Shown here: piece after piece, positions 37,623 through 49,779 of the stretch
Numbering within the stretch: the first letter of the stretch is position 1
How the letters are laid out: the number at the start of each line of letters is the position of its first letter
Assembly (NCBI GenBank): GCA_977016875.1
Contig: CDRNST010000007.1
Span: 2,108,001-2,172,000, forward strand
Direction of reading: 5' to 3'
DNA: 64,000 bases
DNA from: Pavona decussata
Lineage: Eukaryota
Notes under the pieces: model-generated
The model's database searches: none
What the model saw: only the letters and a program-made list of their open reading frames with translations
What the model was told of the DNA's origin: nothing
Position numbers and translations under genes: made by a program

Positions 37623-40600
37623 GAAACTGCACAAATGATAAAGTGAACATAAAAAAATGGTGCAAAGAATTAACTTGTAAACATTTTAGTTATAAAATGT
37701 TTTAGTCAAGACGAAGTAAAATTATGTTTCACGCCAATGCAAGAATAATAAAAGAGGCTGATAACGCCAAACATTGTGTGCTTGTGGTGACTGAATGAAA
37801 CGTTAACAAATTAATTCGTTAATAAATGAACCAATTAATTAATTAATTAATTAATTAATTAATAAACAACAAATAAGGTTCTCTCTGAACGGGTTTTACT
37901 AGTTGCAAAATGCTGGCAAATTTCATCTGTTCTAGACCCAGACTCTTCCGACTCAATCATATTATCATCATTTTATAATACAATATTTGGGTGTTTGTGA
38001 GTTTTAAGCTATTTTCTAGAAACCGTTCAAATTCAAAATTCACCTCATATATGTTTTGTGTGTACGTTTCTTACGAGCGCGTTAAAATTTTAAGAAGCAG
38101 TGAATTTTGTCTTTAAAAAAATTAATAAATTGAAGAGATCGCATACCGCACGTATCTCATAATATCTGAAACGCTCCGAGTTGCATGCTAATGCTTCCCC
38201 AGTTTTGTAATAAATACAATCTTTACATCTTCACTTGGGTTGATTAAAAATTAAAAGGAGATTTCATTTCATCCAACAAGAGAGGCATAATACAAAGCTA
38301 TAAATATTAAGAAGAACGTTTTTGGTGTTCCCACTTATTTCAAATATAAAACATTGAGAAATGCCTAAAAAGTACGGCTTGATATCATGCAAACTCAAAA
38401 GTTTTGTTTGCGATGTCAGTATTTCCGTTTTAACTGTTATTAAAATGTGGAAGACGGTGTAGTAATGTTCTAGAAATGGAAGTCCATTGACACTTACATA
38501 TTCTTTTCGTGCGATCACCGTACAGGGTTAAGGAAGTGATTTTGAGAAGATTAACGCCCGTATAGGTGATAGTTATACCATTTTACACTTCTGAGGACTT
38601 AATTCACAAGGCAATGGACAAAAGCAACCTCTTCAGTCTTTTCCGAAACCGGTCCAGTTTTTTTTTCAATAAAACTCGCAACGGCCAATGCTATCGGCAA
38701 TTTTGTAGACATCAACAAAACGAGTTATTCGGCGTTCGATGTGCTATATAGGCGCGAATAGGATATCCACGTAAAAGTATGTAAACACAGCGAGATCTCA
38801 CTCTGAACCTTAAAGAGAATGATACTTAACATTGGCAGTGCGACCTTAAAGTAACAAACACCACAACTGTTATGTATATCCGAGAGAAAGTTTTAATTCC
38901 TTCACGTATTTTCAAACAACAGTGCACGGTAACTGAGGGGCGCGGTAGCGACACAGTGAGCATTTTATTGCTAAAGAAACCGTTCAGTGAACATCATCTC
39001 TCTTACCTAAATCGTTGCTTGAGAAGAATAAAAATTCTAAGTTGAACTCTCCACCGAAACGCACACAGAACTCAACTATTATTTGCTCTAAAAATTTGCT
39101 CGAACTGAGAAAACTTTATGTACCTACTAGACAGGTGCGCGGCGTGCAGCGTAGAAACGTCACACTATTTACCTTGTTGTGTTCATGAATTACATCAAGT
39201 AGCTTCGGATGTATAAACACCCAACGGGTATCGGCTGTAATGACTTTGTATGTGTAATGTTGGTATAAGAGGGGGACTCAAGCTTTGACGAAAACTGTTT
39301 CTCTCTTGGGCTGTTAGACCTTTTCGCGGTACTGAAAATTCCGCCATTTTCTGATTTTCGAAATAATCCAAAGCCGGTCACGGAACAAGATACAGCACAG
39401 CGTTGTGTGGAAAAATCCTGACTGAATTCGATTTGAGATAATTTCCGTAAAATTTGTAAGCGAAACAAATTGTCAAGTGAAAACTTAAGCTACCAGACAA
39501 ACAAAACAGAAAAGATACTTTATAGTATTAAAATTTTCTGTTAGGTTTTTAATTTTTTGGATGCTCCTAAAACCTGATTCATGCAGACATACAAGAGAAG
39601 TCAATGATTTCACAGGACTTAATTGTGATGGAAAAAATCCGCCTGCAAAGTCTAAAAGTGAAAGCGTGCAATTACATTAAGGTTGCGTTCAATTGACCGT
39701 ATTCCATGCAGAATAAGAATGAGCGGAATAGCCGTTAGATTTCTCTTCAGTTTAAGTAAATTTGGGAAGCCATTTCTGCAAACTTTCGCTGACACATAAT
39801 TATTTAGAGCGATTTTGTACTCTAGTAACTCTTAAGACCTCTTATGAGGGTGTTCTTCTCGTCATTCGGTATGTATTTCTGTTCCGTGATAGGGTCAATC
39901 AAGTGCACCCTGATGTACCTGACTCCGTAATGGACGCCAGTTTAAACTTTTCTACAGTCGAAAACTAATAAAAACAAGTTTGTACGAATTCTTGATTAAG
40001 AGTAGCGTTTATTTCTCAGCTAATTTTTACCAAATACGAAGATAATTAGCTCCTAATTTAAAGGTGACATAAAAACATAATGAACCTATTTTGGTGTTCT
40101 TTTCATAAACATGTATTACTAAATATTGTTCTGTTCATCAGTTCATATATTATTAAACACTTACCTTCAAAGGTTAATTTTTTGTTATTTCAAATGGGCA
40201 CGTGCCGCTAAAGCTTTCAATTGACGAAAAATGTTATCTTATTCAGTTCTCTGATGATCTTACAGTTTGGAAATGAAACAAGAACAAGCGTGGACCTTTT
40301 TGAACTGCTAAACTGAATAATGATGCCGTTCAGACTTGTAACAAATATTACAAATATATTAATAAATTCTACCGCTTTTTCCTACGCGGCAATTTTTCAT
40401 TACTCTTTGGTTAATGAAGCTAATAAAAAGCCCGGATAAAAAGCCATTTCTTTCATCACCAATTTGGCCCCATTCATCGCGTTTTTCACTGCAAAGAATA
40501 TCCTTATTCACTGTAGTAACCAACGGAAGTTAAGAAAAGGATTTATACATTGAAAGCGACCAAAAATGTTGGTGGTCAATGACAGTATCATAAAGTTTTC

Positions 40601-40775
40601 ATTATTCCTAATGAACGATTTGTTAACTTAACTAACTCTACATTACACCATTCTCAACTCTATAAAAGCGACTATATAAAATGTAGTCATTCTGTCCAGT
40701 GAAGCGGCAAAGTTTTGAATAACTGTGAATAAACAAGTTGGTAGTTCACTTCGCGATAACGAAAAGATTGAAGCA

Positions 40776-41414
40776 ATGGCGTTGAAGATTGTTGTGATTT
40801 TCGTCATCTTAGCCGCAGTGGTAGAGTTCTCCGGCCTTTGTCACGGCCAATACAGATGCATGTTCACCGGCTGCGGGGGCAAGAGGGAGGTATGTACAAC
40901 AAACGTTCATATATCTCGACTGGTGCTGCTACTAAGAATTCTTCGTTTCTTTATTGAATTTCTACTGAATAAGATAGGTGAACGGATTTCCTTACGTTTG
41001 CAATAAAAGAAAAGTGAACAAATTAGGATAGATGCGTTCCGCGAATTGTCACTTTAACAATTCTTGGTTTTCACATGACGTCATAAAAAACTGAAATTCA
41101 TAACTAAACACAATTAAGGGTTTTTATCTTCATCACATATAAGAAAATCTAAATTTCTATCGGCTTGCTTGTTTTCAGCAGGATAGCATTCTTTGTTTTG
41201 AAAAAGAGCAGTTTGAATTTTAGATTTTTGCGCAGTGCGTGACAGAAGGATTGCTGCTCTAAACATGTCACGTACATGAAAACATCGATTCGCCTCGTTT
41301 TTTTTTTAGGTCTGATCAGCTAACATGTAATAGAAGCGTTAATGTCAATGTGTGAAAGTTCAGCAGAGAGAAGAAAGGCTTTGAAATAGCCAAGGTAAAC
41401 TCCAGATGTTTTTG

Positions 41415-41445
<31 letters not shown>

Positions 41446-43400
41446 AGACGGGGCACCAACATGGCGTCCCATACTAAACTCTGTAATTTTCCGTAGTACA
41501 TTTTTCGAATAACTCGATTAGGAGATATCGCACAGCTAGCCCTGTAGCTTTCACATGTTGTTTATGTATCACTCTTCTACAACATATCAATTTCTTGACT
41601 TTATCTATTGAATGGTTGAGGATTTTATTTTTTCACTTGCGTGACGATGTGCGAGGTGAAAACCACCTATACCATACACAAAAGACTGCTGTGGTTGACG
41701 TCCAAAATGAAGCTCATTTGCATTTTCGAGCGACGTGTTTCAATGGGCGCGATTTCGTAATGAGCGACTATATAAAATGCAATCATTCTGTCCAGTGAAG
41801 CGGCAAAGTTCTGAATAACTGTGAATAAACAAGTTGGTAGTGATTTCGCGATAACGAAAAGATCGAAGCAATGGCTTTGAAGATTGTTGTGATTTTCCTC
41901 ATCTTCGCAGCAGTGGTAGAGTTCTCCGGCCTTTGTCACGGTCAGACGTGGAAATGTATTTTTACCCGCTGCGGGGGCAAGAGGGAGGTATGTACAACAA
42001 ACGTTCATTATCTCGACTGGTGTTGCTACTAAGAATTCTTCGTTTCTTTATTGAATTTCTACTGAATAAGATAGGTGAACGGATTTCCTTTCGTTTGCAA
42101 TAAAAGAAAAGTGAACAAATTAGGATAGATGCGTTCCGCGAATTGTCACTTTAGACGCCATTGAAAAAAAAAATCAAAACCATTCTATGAATGAAGTCAT
42201 GAAATTGACATGTTATAGGTGATAAATAAATAAGGAATCTGTCCAAGTGTCAGGTCTGTGCGGTATTCCGTACTCGAGTTATCTGACAAAATGTTCCACA
42301 CAAATTTAGAGAGCTTAGTACGGCGACGCCATGTTGGTGCCCCTCTGAGGGGCACAAACATGGCGGCCGGAAATAGGAAAAAACATCTGGAGTTCACTTT
42401 TCTCAGAAAAGAGGTTTGTTTTCCCTTGTGAATTTTCGAATGTTTAGATACATATTTCTCCTCAAACTTGAATTTTTTGGAATGCTGAAAATCACCCGAA
42501 GAGGCATTTTTAAGATACGGAACAGCTCCGTCACGGCCGTCCTCCTGATGTCACGCACAATGAAAACTCGGAAATTGAAACTGTTCTATTTTTAAAAGGA
42601 AGTACGATATCGAACTAAGAAATTATGAAAAGACCTATTTTTAGGTAATCTTTCCTTAAATCATGAAGGTAAAAATTTTGTAGGTCTCCCGGTTTTGATT
42701 CTAGAATTTGGTGACGTCACGTGAAAACCAAGAATACCATACACAAAAGACTGCTGTGATTGACGTCCAATCATTCTGTCCAGTGAAGCGGCAAAGTTCT
42801 GAATAACTGTAACTAAACAAGTTGGTAGTTCATTTCGCGATAACGAAAAGATCGAAGAAATGGCTTTGAACATTGTTGTGATTTTCGTCATCTTAGCCGC
42901 AGTGGTAGGGTTCTCCGGCCTTTGTCACGGCCAATACAGATGCATGTTCACCGGCTGCGGGGGCAAGAGAGAGGTATGTACAAGAAACGTTCATTATCTC
43001 GACTGGTGCTGCTACTAAGAATTCTTCGTTTCTTTATTGAATTTCTACTGAATAAGATAGGTGAACGGATTTCCTTTCGTTTGCAATAAAAGAAAAGTGA
43101 ACAAATTAGGTTAGCCTCAAGCCGACTTTGACTGCACTTTCACTTTACTAAGGTGCAGATTGTAATTTAGTATTTTGGAAAAAAATCCAATTTCAAGTTA
43201 TATTCAAATCCTAGGCACTCCAGTTTACCATATTTCTGTCCTTTGTTTGTTCACAGGAGCTGGAAGATGCCGGTGTTTCTTTACCAGAGAGGGACACGGT
43301 TCCCTTGAACGAGTACAGGCGAAACAGGCTGTTGCGGTTGTCAGATATCATGCGGCAAAACAAGCGAAACCCGTTTGACGACTCTAGGCAAGAGAAGTAA
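40776..43400 (+). CDS. Prepropeptide P10, join(40776..40889,43257..43400); pQYRCMFTGCG-amide; first of three first exons sharing one exon 2
   Basis: MALKIVVIFVILAAVVEFSGLCHG|QYRCMFTGCG-GKR-E, GTATGT donor, TATA boxes ~40661-40681. The nearest exon-2 homologue is 43257..43400 (join inferred). Confidence 0.78.
41060..41671. mobile_element. MITE between first exons P10 and P11
   Basis: Termini ATTCTTGGTTTTCAC...GTGAAAACCACCTATA; internal palindrome GCCATGTTGGTGCCC...GGGCACCAACATGGC. Confidence 0.75.
41871..43400 (+). CDS. Prepropeptide P11, join(41871..41987,43257..43400); predicted peptide pQTWKCIFTRCG-amide
   Basis: MALKIVVIFLIFAAVVEFSGLCHG|QTWKCIFTRCG-GKR-E, GTATGT donor, TATATAAAA at 41769-41777. 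The join to the shared exon 2 is inferred. Confidence 0.78.
42186..42736. mobile_element. Related MITE in opposite orientation between first exons P11 and P12
   Basis: Ends GTGACGTCACGTGAAAACCAAGAATA (reverse complement of the left end of the 41060 element) and has the same internal palindrome. The left end is truncated and approximate. Confidence 0.7.
42860..43400 (+). CDS. Prepropeptide P12, join(42860..42973,43257..43400), 85 aa; pQYRCMFTGCG-amide
   Basis: MALNIVVIFVILAAVVGFSGLCHG|QYRCMFTGCG-GKR-E; exon 2 ELEDAGVSLPERDTVPLNEYRRNRLLRLSDIMRQNKRNPFDDSRQEK*. The ORF is intact, but the TATA segment is deleted upstream. Confidence 0.78.
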
Positions 43401-44516
43401 CGAACCTTAGCATAATGTCAAGACCCCGAAGAGAACTGCGAACAAACACCATGAAGTAAAATAAACAATATCAAGAATAAGAAGTATATTGTTAAAAGCA
43501 CACCTAACACAACACTGTGTATTCTTGAATAAAGAAGGTAAAAATTATTTAAATATAGTGCTGTGTTTTGAAAACAGTGTCTACAAAGTTGTTCAAGGTA
43601 ACTAACTTGAAGTTGACGATATCCTCTCAACTTTTACTCAAATTCTATCCTTTTCACCCTCTTCATTACACATAAAGCGAAAACTTGTACTCTTTCTTAT
43701 ACCTCAAAGATAAGTATAACTTGAGCGAAAGCGTAATCCTTTTGTGCTAGCAAGCGCAATCTTCACGCTGTAATTTCTTCCACGAATGTCTGCCCAGGTT
43801 TTCCTACCCTTTCAAGTAATTCTTCGCATTAATTACACACTGCCCTTTCTCCCGCCCCCTTACTCCATTTTGCAACCCTTTAAAACACTTAAATTTTTCA
43901 TTTCACTACCCTTTCGCATAATACAAGGGCAAAAAAGGAAAAGTCTTTTGGGCGGAGCCTGCATGCCTATGGCATATTTTCCATCTTATAATCCATCAAA
44001 TATTTTCGCTCGCGCGCGATTGATGTAAACGCCTCACGTGACCGAATATACCCCAGCTAAAACTGGGGAATATCCGATGATATTCCCCAATTTCAAAAAC
44101 TTCAAGGCGCTTCTTGTTTACAATTAAAATTAATGTCCAGATGTGGGAACGGTTTGCTTTTGTGACAGAAGGAGAGATAAACCTACTGCCGGTATCAGAA
44201 AACAACATACGCTCTAGACGTTTTTGACGGTAAACTGTTCTTAAAGGGACACAGTCACCTTTGTGACCGCGCTGACCTGGACACTAGTTTTGTCAATTTT
44301 GAAAAACGTCCACTTCAACCCGAAATCAAAAGTACGCGTCGAATACATCTTGAAATCCGCTTCAAAAATTTCGTCGATTTAAAATTTTCAGCTAAAGAAT
44401 CCGAACCAATTAGACTACGTTAGCTTGTATGAAATTCTTTACAATGATCATCATAAAACGGTTTGGTGATAGTATACAGGAGACAACATTTTACAAATGT
44501 CCATTTAATTTTTCAG

Positions 44517-44660
44517 GCAGATCCAACTGACATGGCTTCGTTCGATGATGGAGCCCTGAAAAGAAACGAATTCAGACGCAACAGGAAGATCAAGCTGGCA
44601 GATTTACTACGCAGCTACAAACGGCGGGAAAACTTTAAAAGCACTACAGATGAAGAATAA
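44517..44660 (+). other. Orphan but intact second exon (copy of 35396..35539)
   Basis: Acceptor TTTTTCAG, then ADPTDMASFDDGALKRNEFRRNRKIKLADLLRSYKRRENFKSTTDEE*. Its cognate first exons are deleted in unit B. Confidence 0.85.
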
Positions 44661-45173
44661 GGAACTTTCACAAACGATAAAGTGAACATAAAAAAGTAGC
44701 GCAAAAAAATTAACTTGTAAACATTCTAGTGATAAAAATGTTTTTAATTGCACATAGATGTTATATTATAAAATAAGTAAGTCCAGACGGACTAAAATTA
44801 TGTTCCACACCAATGCAAGAATAAAGAGGCAAATTACGCCAAATAATGTGTGCTTATGGTGACTGACTGAAACATTAATAAATAAATTAGTTAATCAATG
44901 AACCAAATAATTAACAAATAAGCTTCTCTCCCAACAGGTTTTAATAACCCCTCCTGAAAAGAGTTATAATTTGGAGTTAAAACAACCCTCTGAAAACCTC
45001 ATATCTTACAATTTTTATTGTTTTGTATAAAGTTGGTTTAAATTTGAAGTCGAGTTTTGTTATTCTTACGTGACAAAAAGAGGTAATTCGAAATAAAGTC
45101 GTACTAAACGAGCCCGGCTAAGTGGCCCGCACGGCCGGAGGAAAGTTGTTTTATCACCAAACAAAGAATAATA

Positions 45174-45301
45174 CTGGCGTTGAAAATTTGTCTCGTGTTC
45201 GAGCCCGCTTGTTGTTGTCGGCAGTGGTCATTAACCTCTCTGGTCTTTGTAAAGGAAAGGAATCGCCTTGGGTTTGTTTATACAGACCTTGCAAACATCA
45301 G
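45174..45301 (+). pseudogene. Disabled copy of the P7-type first exon (KESPWVCLYRPC-KHQ)
   Basis: Start ATG changed to CTG, the insertion at GAGCCCG is present (8 nt here), and the N-terminal Gln is changed to Lys. Counterpart of 36077. Confidence 0.85.
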
Positions 45302-45828
45302 GTAAGAAAGGATATTTTTCCTTTCTCGGTTCACGAAAGAATCTTAAATCTTATGCACAGAACTATTCTTAGCAGTCGTTTAACAAAGAGGCATTGAACA
45401 AACCGGACTAACCGGTTTTGTATTTGCCTAGTTTATTCACTGAAAGATATCGAGATATTCATTTTCTTGACAATGTCTTTTTCTTTTTTTTTTTACATAT
45501 GTCAGTTCAAAGGTGGTTGATTTCTAAATTGCGGTAAAACAGGATGTACTGAAAAATTATTAGTTACTATCATATTTGCCCACAATTATCCCATCTTTTT
45601 TAAGCTGTCTTTCTCGAACCTATAGACGTTAATGTCAGTTGTTCAGTTTTATTAAAAAGTTGACAACATGCAACTCAACAAACATTTAAGCCAATTGAAA
45701 ACACTTAAGGGTGTCGGGTTTTGCACTTTAAGTCGTTAAAATTTAATGGATAGATAGCCCTTACAAGTCGACGTCCCAACTGCACACAAAGCTCAGTAAT
45801 TGTGAGAGTTTAACGCAAAAGAGTGACG

Positions 45829-46721
45829 ATGGCCTCCAAACGTTTTCTTGTGGTATTTGTGGCGTTGATGGCAGTCATTGAGTTCACTGGTCGTTGTAGG
45901 GGTCAAATGGGTTGTACGCTCCATCCATGTGAAGAAAAGGTTAGAAAACATAAAATTCTGCCTTTACTTTGGTGCAACTGGCACGACTGTTGTAAAGCGA
46001 AGCTTTTCAAGTTATAATTTATTGCCCAATACAAATTTTAATTTAAAGCACTGAATCCTCTTTCGACACTTTCGTATGTTCATTCTAAGGGATAGAAACA
46101 TTGCCTTCACAAGCTCAACTAGAAATAGTAACACTAAAGAGAGGAAAGTGCTACCCAATTTGGATATTTCGAATTTAGGGGTGATATAAGGTTTACTTTG
46201 GTGGAATAGGTGCAGTTCAAAAGGGGATAAACCGCCTCAGAATTTCGGATTCTGTTGATAATGTAGAGGTTTTGTTAGATCTTTAACGAAATGGTCACTT
46301 TAAACTTTTGAAACACGTACTTATTCCTTTTGTTCTCAGCGGGGGGACATGTGCCCCTTTTGGTGCGAAATAAGGCGAGCTATCGTTTTCGGAAAACGAT
46401 GGCCCTGTAAATTCGGAAGTAAGATTCTGTTGCCTATCATTTTGTTCGATGTTAAAATTTTCAGCTTAAGAATCCGATCCAATCAAACTATGCTAGCTTG
46501 CATAAAACCCTTTGTACTGGTCATAAAACGACTTGGAAAGACAGAGCAACGTTTTACGAATGTCCATTTAATTTTAGGAAGATCCGGTTGACGTGGCGTC
46601 GTTCGATGATGGAGGCCTGAAAAGAAACGAATTCAGACGCAACAGGACGATCAAGCTGGCAGATTTACTGCGGAGCTACAAACGGCGGGAAAACTTTAAA
46701 AGCCCCGCTGGTGACGAATAA
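45829..46721 (+). CDS. Prepropeptide P13, join(45829..45939,46578..46721), 84 aa; ring peptide QMGCTLHPC
   Basis: MASKRFLVVFVALMAVIEFTGRCRG|QMGCTLHPCEEK, GTTAGA donor, AATTTTAG acceptor, exon 2 EDPVDVASFDDGGLKRNEFRRNRTIKLADLLRSYKRRENFKSPAGDE*. TATA reads TTACAA here. Confidence 0.88.
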
Positions 46722-47729
46722 GAAACTGCACAAATGATAAAGTGAACATAAAAAAATGGTGCAAAAAATTAACTTGTAAACATTTTAGTTATAAAATGTT
46801 TTAGTCAAGACGAAGTAAAATTACGTTTCACGCCAATGCAAGAATAATAAAAGAGGCTGATAACGCCAAACATTGTGTGCTTATGGTGACTGAATGAAAC
46901 GTTAATAAATTAATTCGTTAATAAATGAACCAAATAATCAATTAATCAATTAATTAATTAATAAACAACAAATAAGGTTCTCTCTGAACGGGTTTTACAA
47001 GTTGCAAAATGCTGGCAAATTTCATCTGTTCTAGACCCACACTCTTTCGACTCAATCATATTAGAGCGAGGGGAACAGGCGCGCGAAAATTGCTGAACGC
47101 GGGAAAAAGACACGCGTGGGTGGGAGGGAAAAAAGAGGTTTGCTTTCTCGTGGCGAAATTATAGAAAATAAGTATTCGTGATTTTCCTGTGACTATTGCT
47201 TATACGGAAAAGTGGACGTCCGGCAACGCACCTACCCTACCCTACCCCGAGAGAATACATTCTTTCCAAGAAATCCCACTGTCCCAATCTCCCTGCTGGC
47301 AGACATGTAAAGCACATGATGACCCACCATTTGGTATTTTGAGGGTGTCTCAAGGCTTACGGGTGGGATGGTGGTGGGTGGAGAGGTGGTTTTGACGGAA
47401 ATCTATTTGCTTGAAGGGCAACGCTGGGCGTGGTCTATCCCAACCAAGAGAAATAAAGAAGGATCCTGTATCTTATTATCTTTAGTTTTTTTGGATAGTT
47501 GGTTTAAATTTATAGACGTGAAGTTTTGTACTCTTACGTGGTCAAAAAGGTAAACATACATACACACTTTATTTATTCCAGAAGCAGACTATATATACAA
47601 ATAAAACTAAGGAGAAAAGTACTTCTAGAAAAGGAAGTTTGGAGGTTAGCCCTATGCGAAAACTCCCTCAAATAGTAGAAAACCAAAAATAAGTATACAT
47701 AAATCAAGATCTTTAGAGTCGAATATTTA

Positions 47730-48125
47730 AAGTCACACTAAACGAGCGTTAGTGGCCCACACGACCTGTTGAGCTTGACCGTATTTCTGTAGCATGAAGG
47801 GACTAGGAGTATTTCTGCTCCTCCCCGGCTGCGTTGCTAGTTCATCGCAGGCTTTTTTTTAAGTAGAAAACTCTTGAGTACCCATTTATACACCTGGGTA
47901 CGATGAAGAGAGACAATGTGGAACAAAGTTTCATGTCTGCGGAAACAATATGACCATGTTGAGAGCTGTATTTCTACTCCTGCCCAGATGCGTTGCTAGT
48001 CCATCGCGCAATCGCAGGTTACCCCTAGCAGTATGTCAATGGCACCCATTTGTACACCTAAGGGTGAAGAGAGACAACGTGGAACAAAGCTTCTCGTCTG
48101 CGAAAATAACGTGACAATGCGGAGA
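47730..48125. mobile_element. SINE-like interspersed repeat fragments (two partial copies)
   Basis: Duplicated GTATTTCT.CTCC...GCGTTGCTAGT.CATCGC...ACCCATTT.TACACCT...GAAGAGAGACAA.GTGGAACAAAG motif. Confidence 0.55.
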
Positions 48126-49779
48126 ACAGATCCTCTGGGCCACCAGTCGAAAGTCGGTTTAAAGTCTTCCCGGTAATTATAAGCACTACAACTAGTAATA
48201 ATCAAAGATTAATAGGGAGTGTGTCCGATGATCTCGATCCCAGGCTCTCTCCCCTTTGTGATGTCATTCACCCCTGCAAAAAATCTTCAGGGAATGCCAG
48301 ATACGCGTCGCAAGATCCATCCATTCATTCACGGCAATCAACGTTGTCCTATACAATCTCGACTCCAATCTGTATTAGGATTGCGTTCTTCCTACGTCGA
48401 ACGCTATAATTACCTACGCCGTTGTGGGAGTTCTGAATTGCTATTTTTTGCATTAAGTTTTGCGAAGTTAATAAAAAATAAATAAAAATATGTTGAAAAG
48501 CAGCAATATTTCAAATACAGAGTCTATAGAGAAGATTATTGGAATAAAATTTATTCATTCAGGTAACGTAGAAACCTATACTTGTTGGACTGAGGTTTGA
48601 AAAGTGGAGAGCTCGATTCATTTGACTTTTAAGGACATTTTAACGTTTCGAATCTTTTCTAAACATTATCGGAATTACATTTTAAGCCCTCTTTGAACTG
48701 AAGACTTTTGTTTTTGTTCGTTTTTTTGTAATAATAGCATCTAGGCGGCATATTTATTAAGTTAGATTAAAATCAAACTTTATAAATCTCCCGCAGTTGC
48801 ATCCTGTGGCTTTGTTCCTTTTTAGGTATCATAAATTATTCAAATTGCAAATAAGTAGAAATATTCTTAAACGCACGTGCTTAACTACTCTGCAAAATAC
48901 GATGTTTTGTCTTTCTTAACGACTGGCTCAACTTTGGTTGTACATTTACTTTCTTTTGAAAAAGATCAGTTGATGAGCTAGAATGAGTCGTCGATGAAAG
49001 GACCGTATTTTGATTTTTTTTTTATCAATCAATAAACATACGATTGTATGGGAAGCAGAATGTGGTTCAAAAGAAAAAAATTACCCTGTCGACCCACATG
49101 ATTGAATAACTGCCTGTTTATCCAGAGGCGCTTCTTGAAAGATTTATTATTATTTCTCTCATTTTGCCCTGAATGTCATAATCCCTCCTAAACTACCGTA
49201 ATTTTTAATAGCCATTATTTTAATTGACAACAGAATGTTCCGCCAGTTTGGTTAAAAACAATATTATTTAATAAGAAAACGCATTTGTCAATACCGGAAG
49301 ACTGTCTGAAAATGTTCGGGGAATTATGCCGAATTCATAGTTAGGAAGTCGTAAGTTAAGGGTGCTTATTGCCCGTTTGAAACACACATTATAATAAATT
49401 AATATCTGAGATCCGAGTGATTTTTAGTTCGTTGAAACAAAAAATTTCTATTGTGTTTTATATCACAAATTTCTTTATCAAAAAGCTGCCACGCCTAGGA
49501 ACTTTTTTTGCAATCAAATCTAAAATTTTACTCATTTAATAAGCCGATTGTTTTTGCGTTTAAAAGGCAGGTGCCTGCACCGTAATAAGAGTGTCAAATA
49601 GCTTCGTAATTGGCGAAACTATTAAAGGAGTTGTTTTCCAATTATACAATGCTTAATATCCATGATTACTCCTCAAAAAACATTTCAGCCAATAAATAGA
49701 CACAAGACTGTTGCTGTCGGCTTTACTGATTAAAACGCCCTTTGAAACTCATTTGTAAAAAGAGGGAACGGCAGCAACG

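Larger units (their letters stand above)
27083..37970 (+). repeat. Tandem segmental duplication, unit A (~10.9 kb)
   Basis: Starts TTTTATAATACAATATTT..GTGTTTGTGAGTTTTAAGCT (also at ~37972) and ends CTAGACCCA.ACTCTT.CGACTCAATCATATTA (also at ~47031-47062), with colinear high similarity. Confidence 0.9.
37971..47062 (+). repeat. Tandem segmental duplication, unit B (~9.1 kb)
   Basis: Colinear with unit A but lacks ~28625-29235 and ~31890-35260, and carries a triplicated first exon with two MITEs. Confidence 0.9.

Noticed and set aside
28230-39468. Duplicated ORFs 28318..28593 and 39190..39468
   Set aside because: The similarity comes from the segmental duplication, the frames diverge by indels, and no domain is recognisable.
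30822-43378. ORFs 30822..31037 and 43175..43378 (...RCRCFFTREGHG...)
   Set aside because: Wrong-frame readings of exon 2; the phase-0 frame (ELEDAGV...) matches the paralogues.
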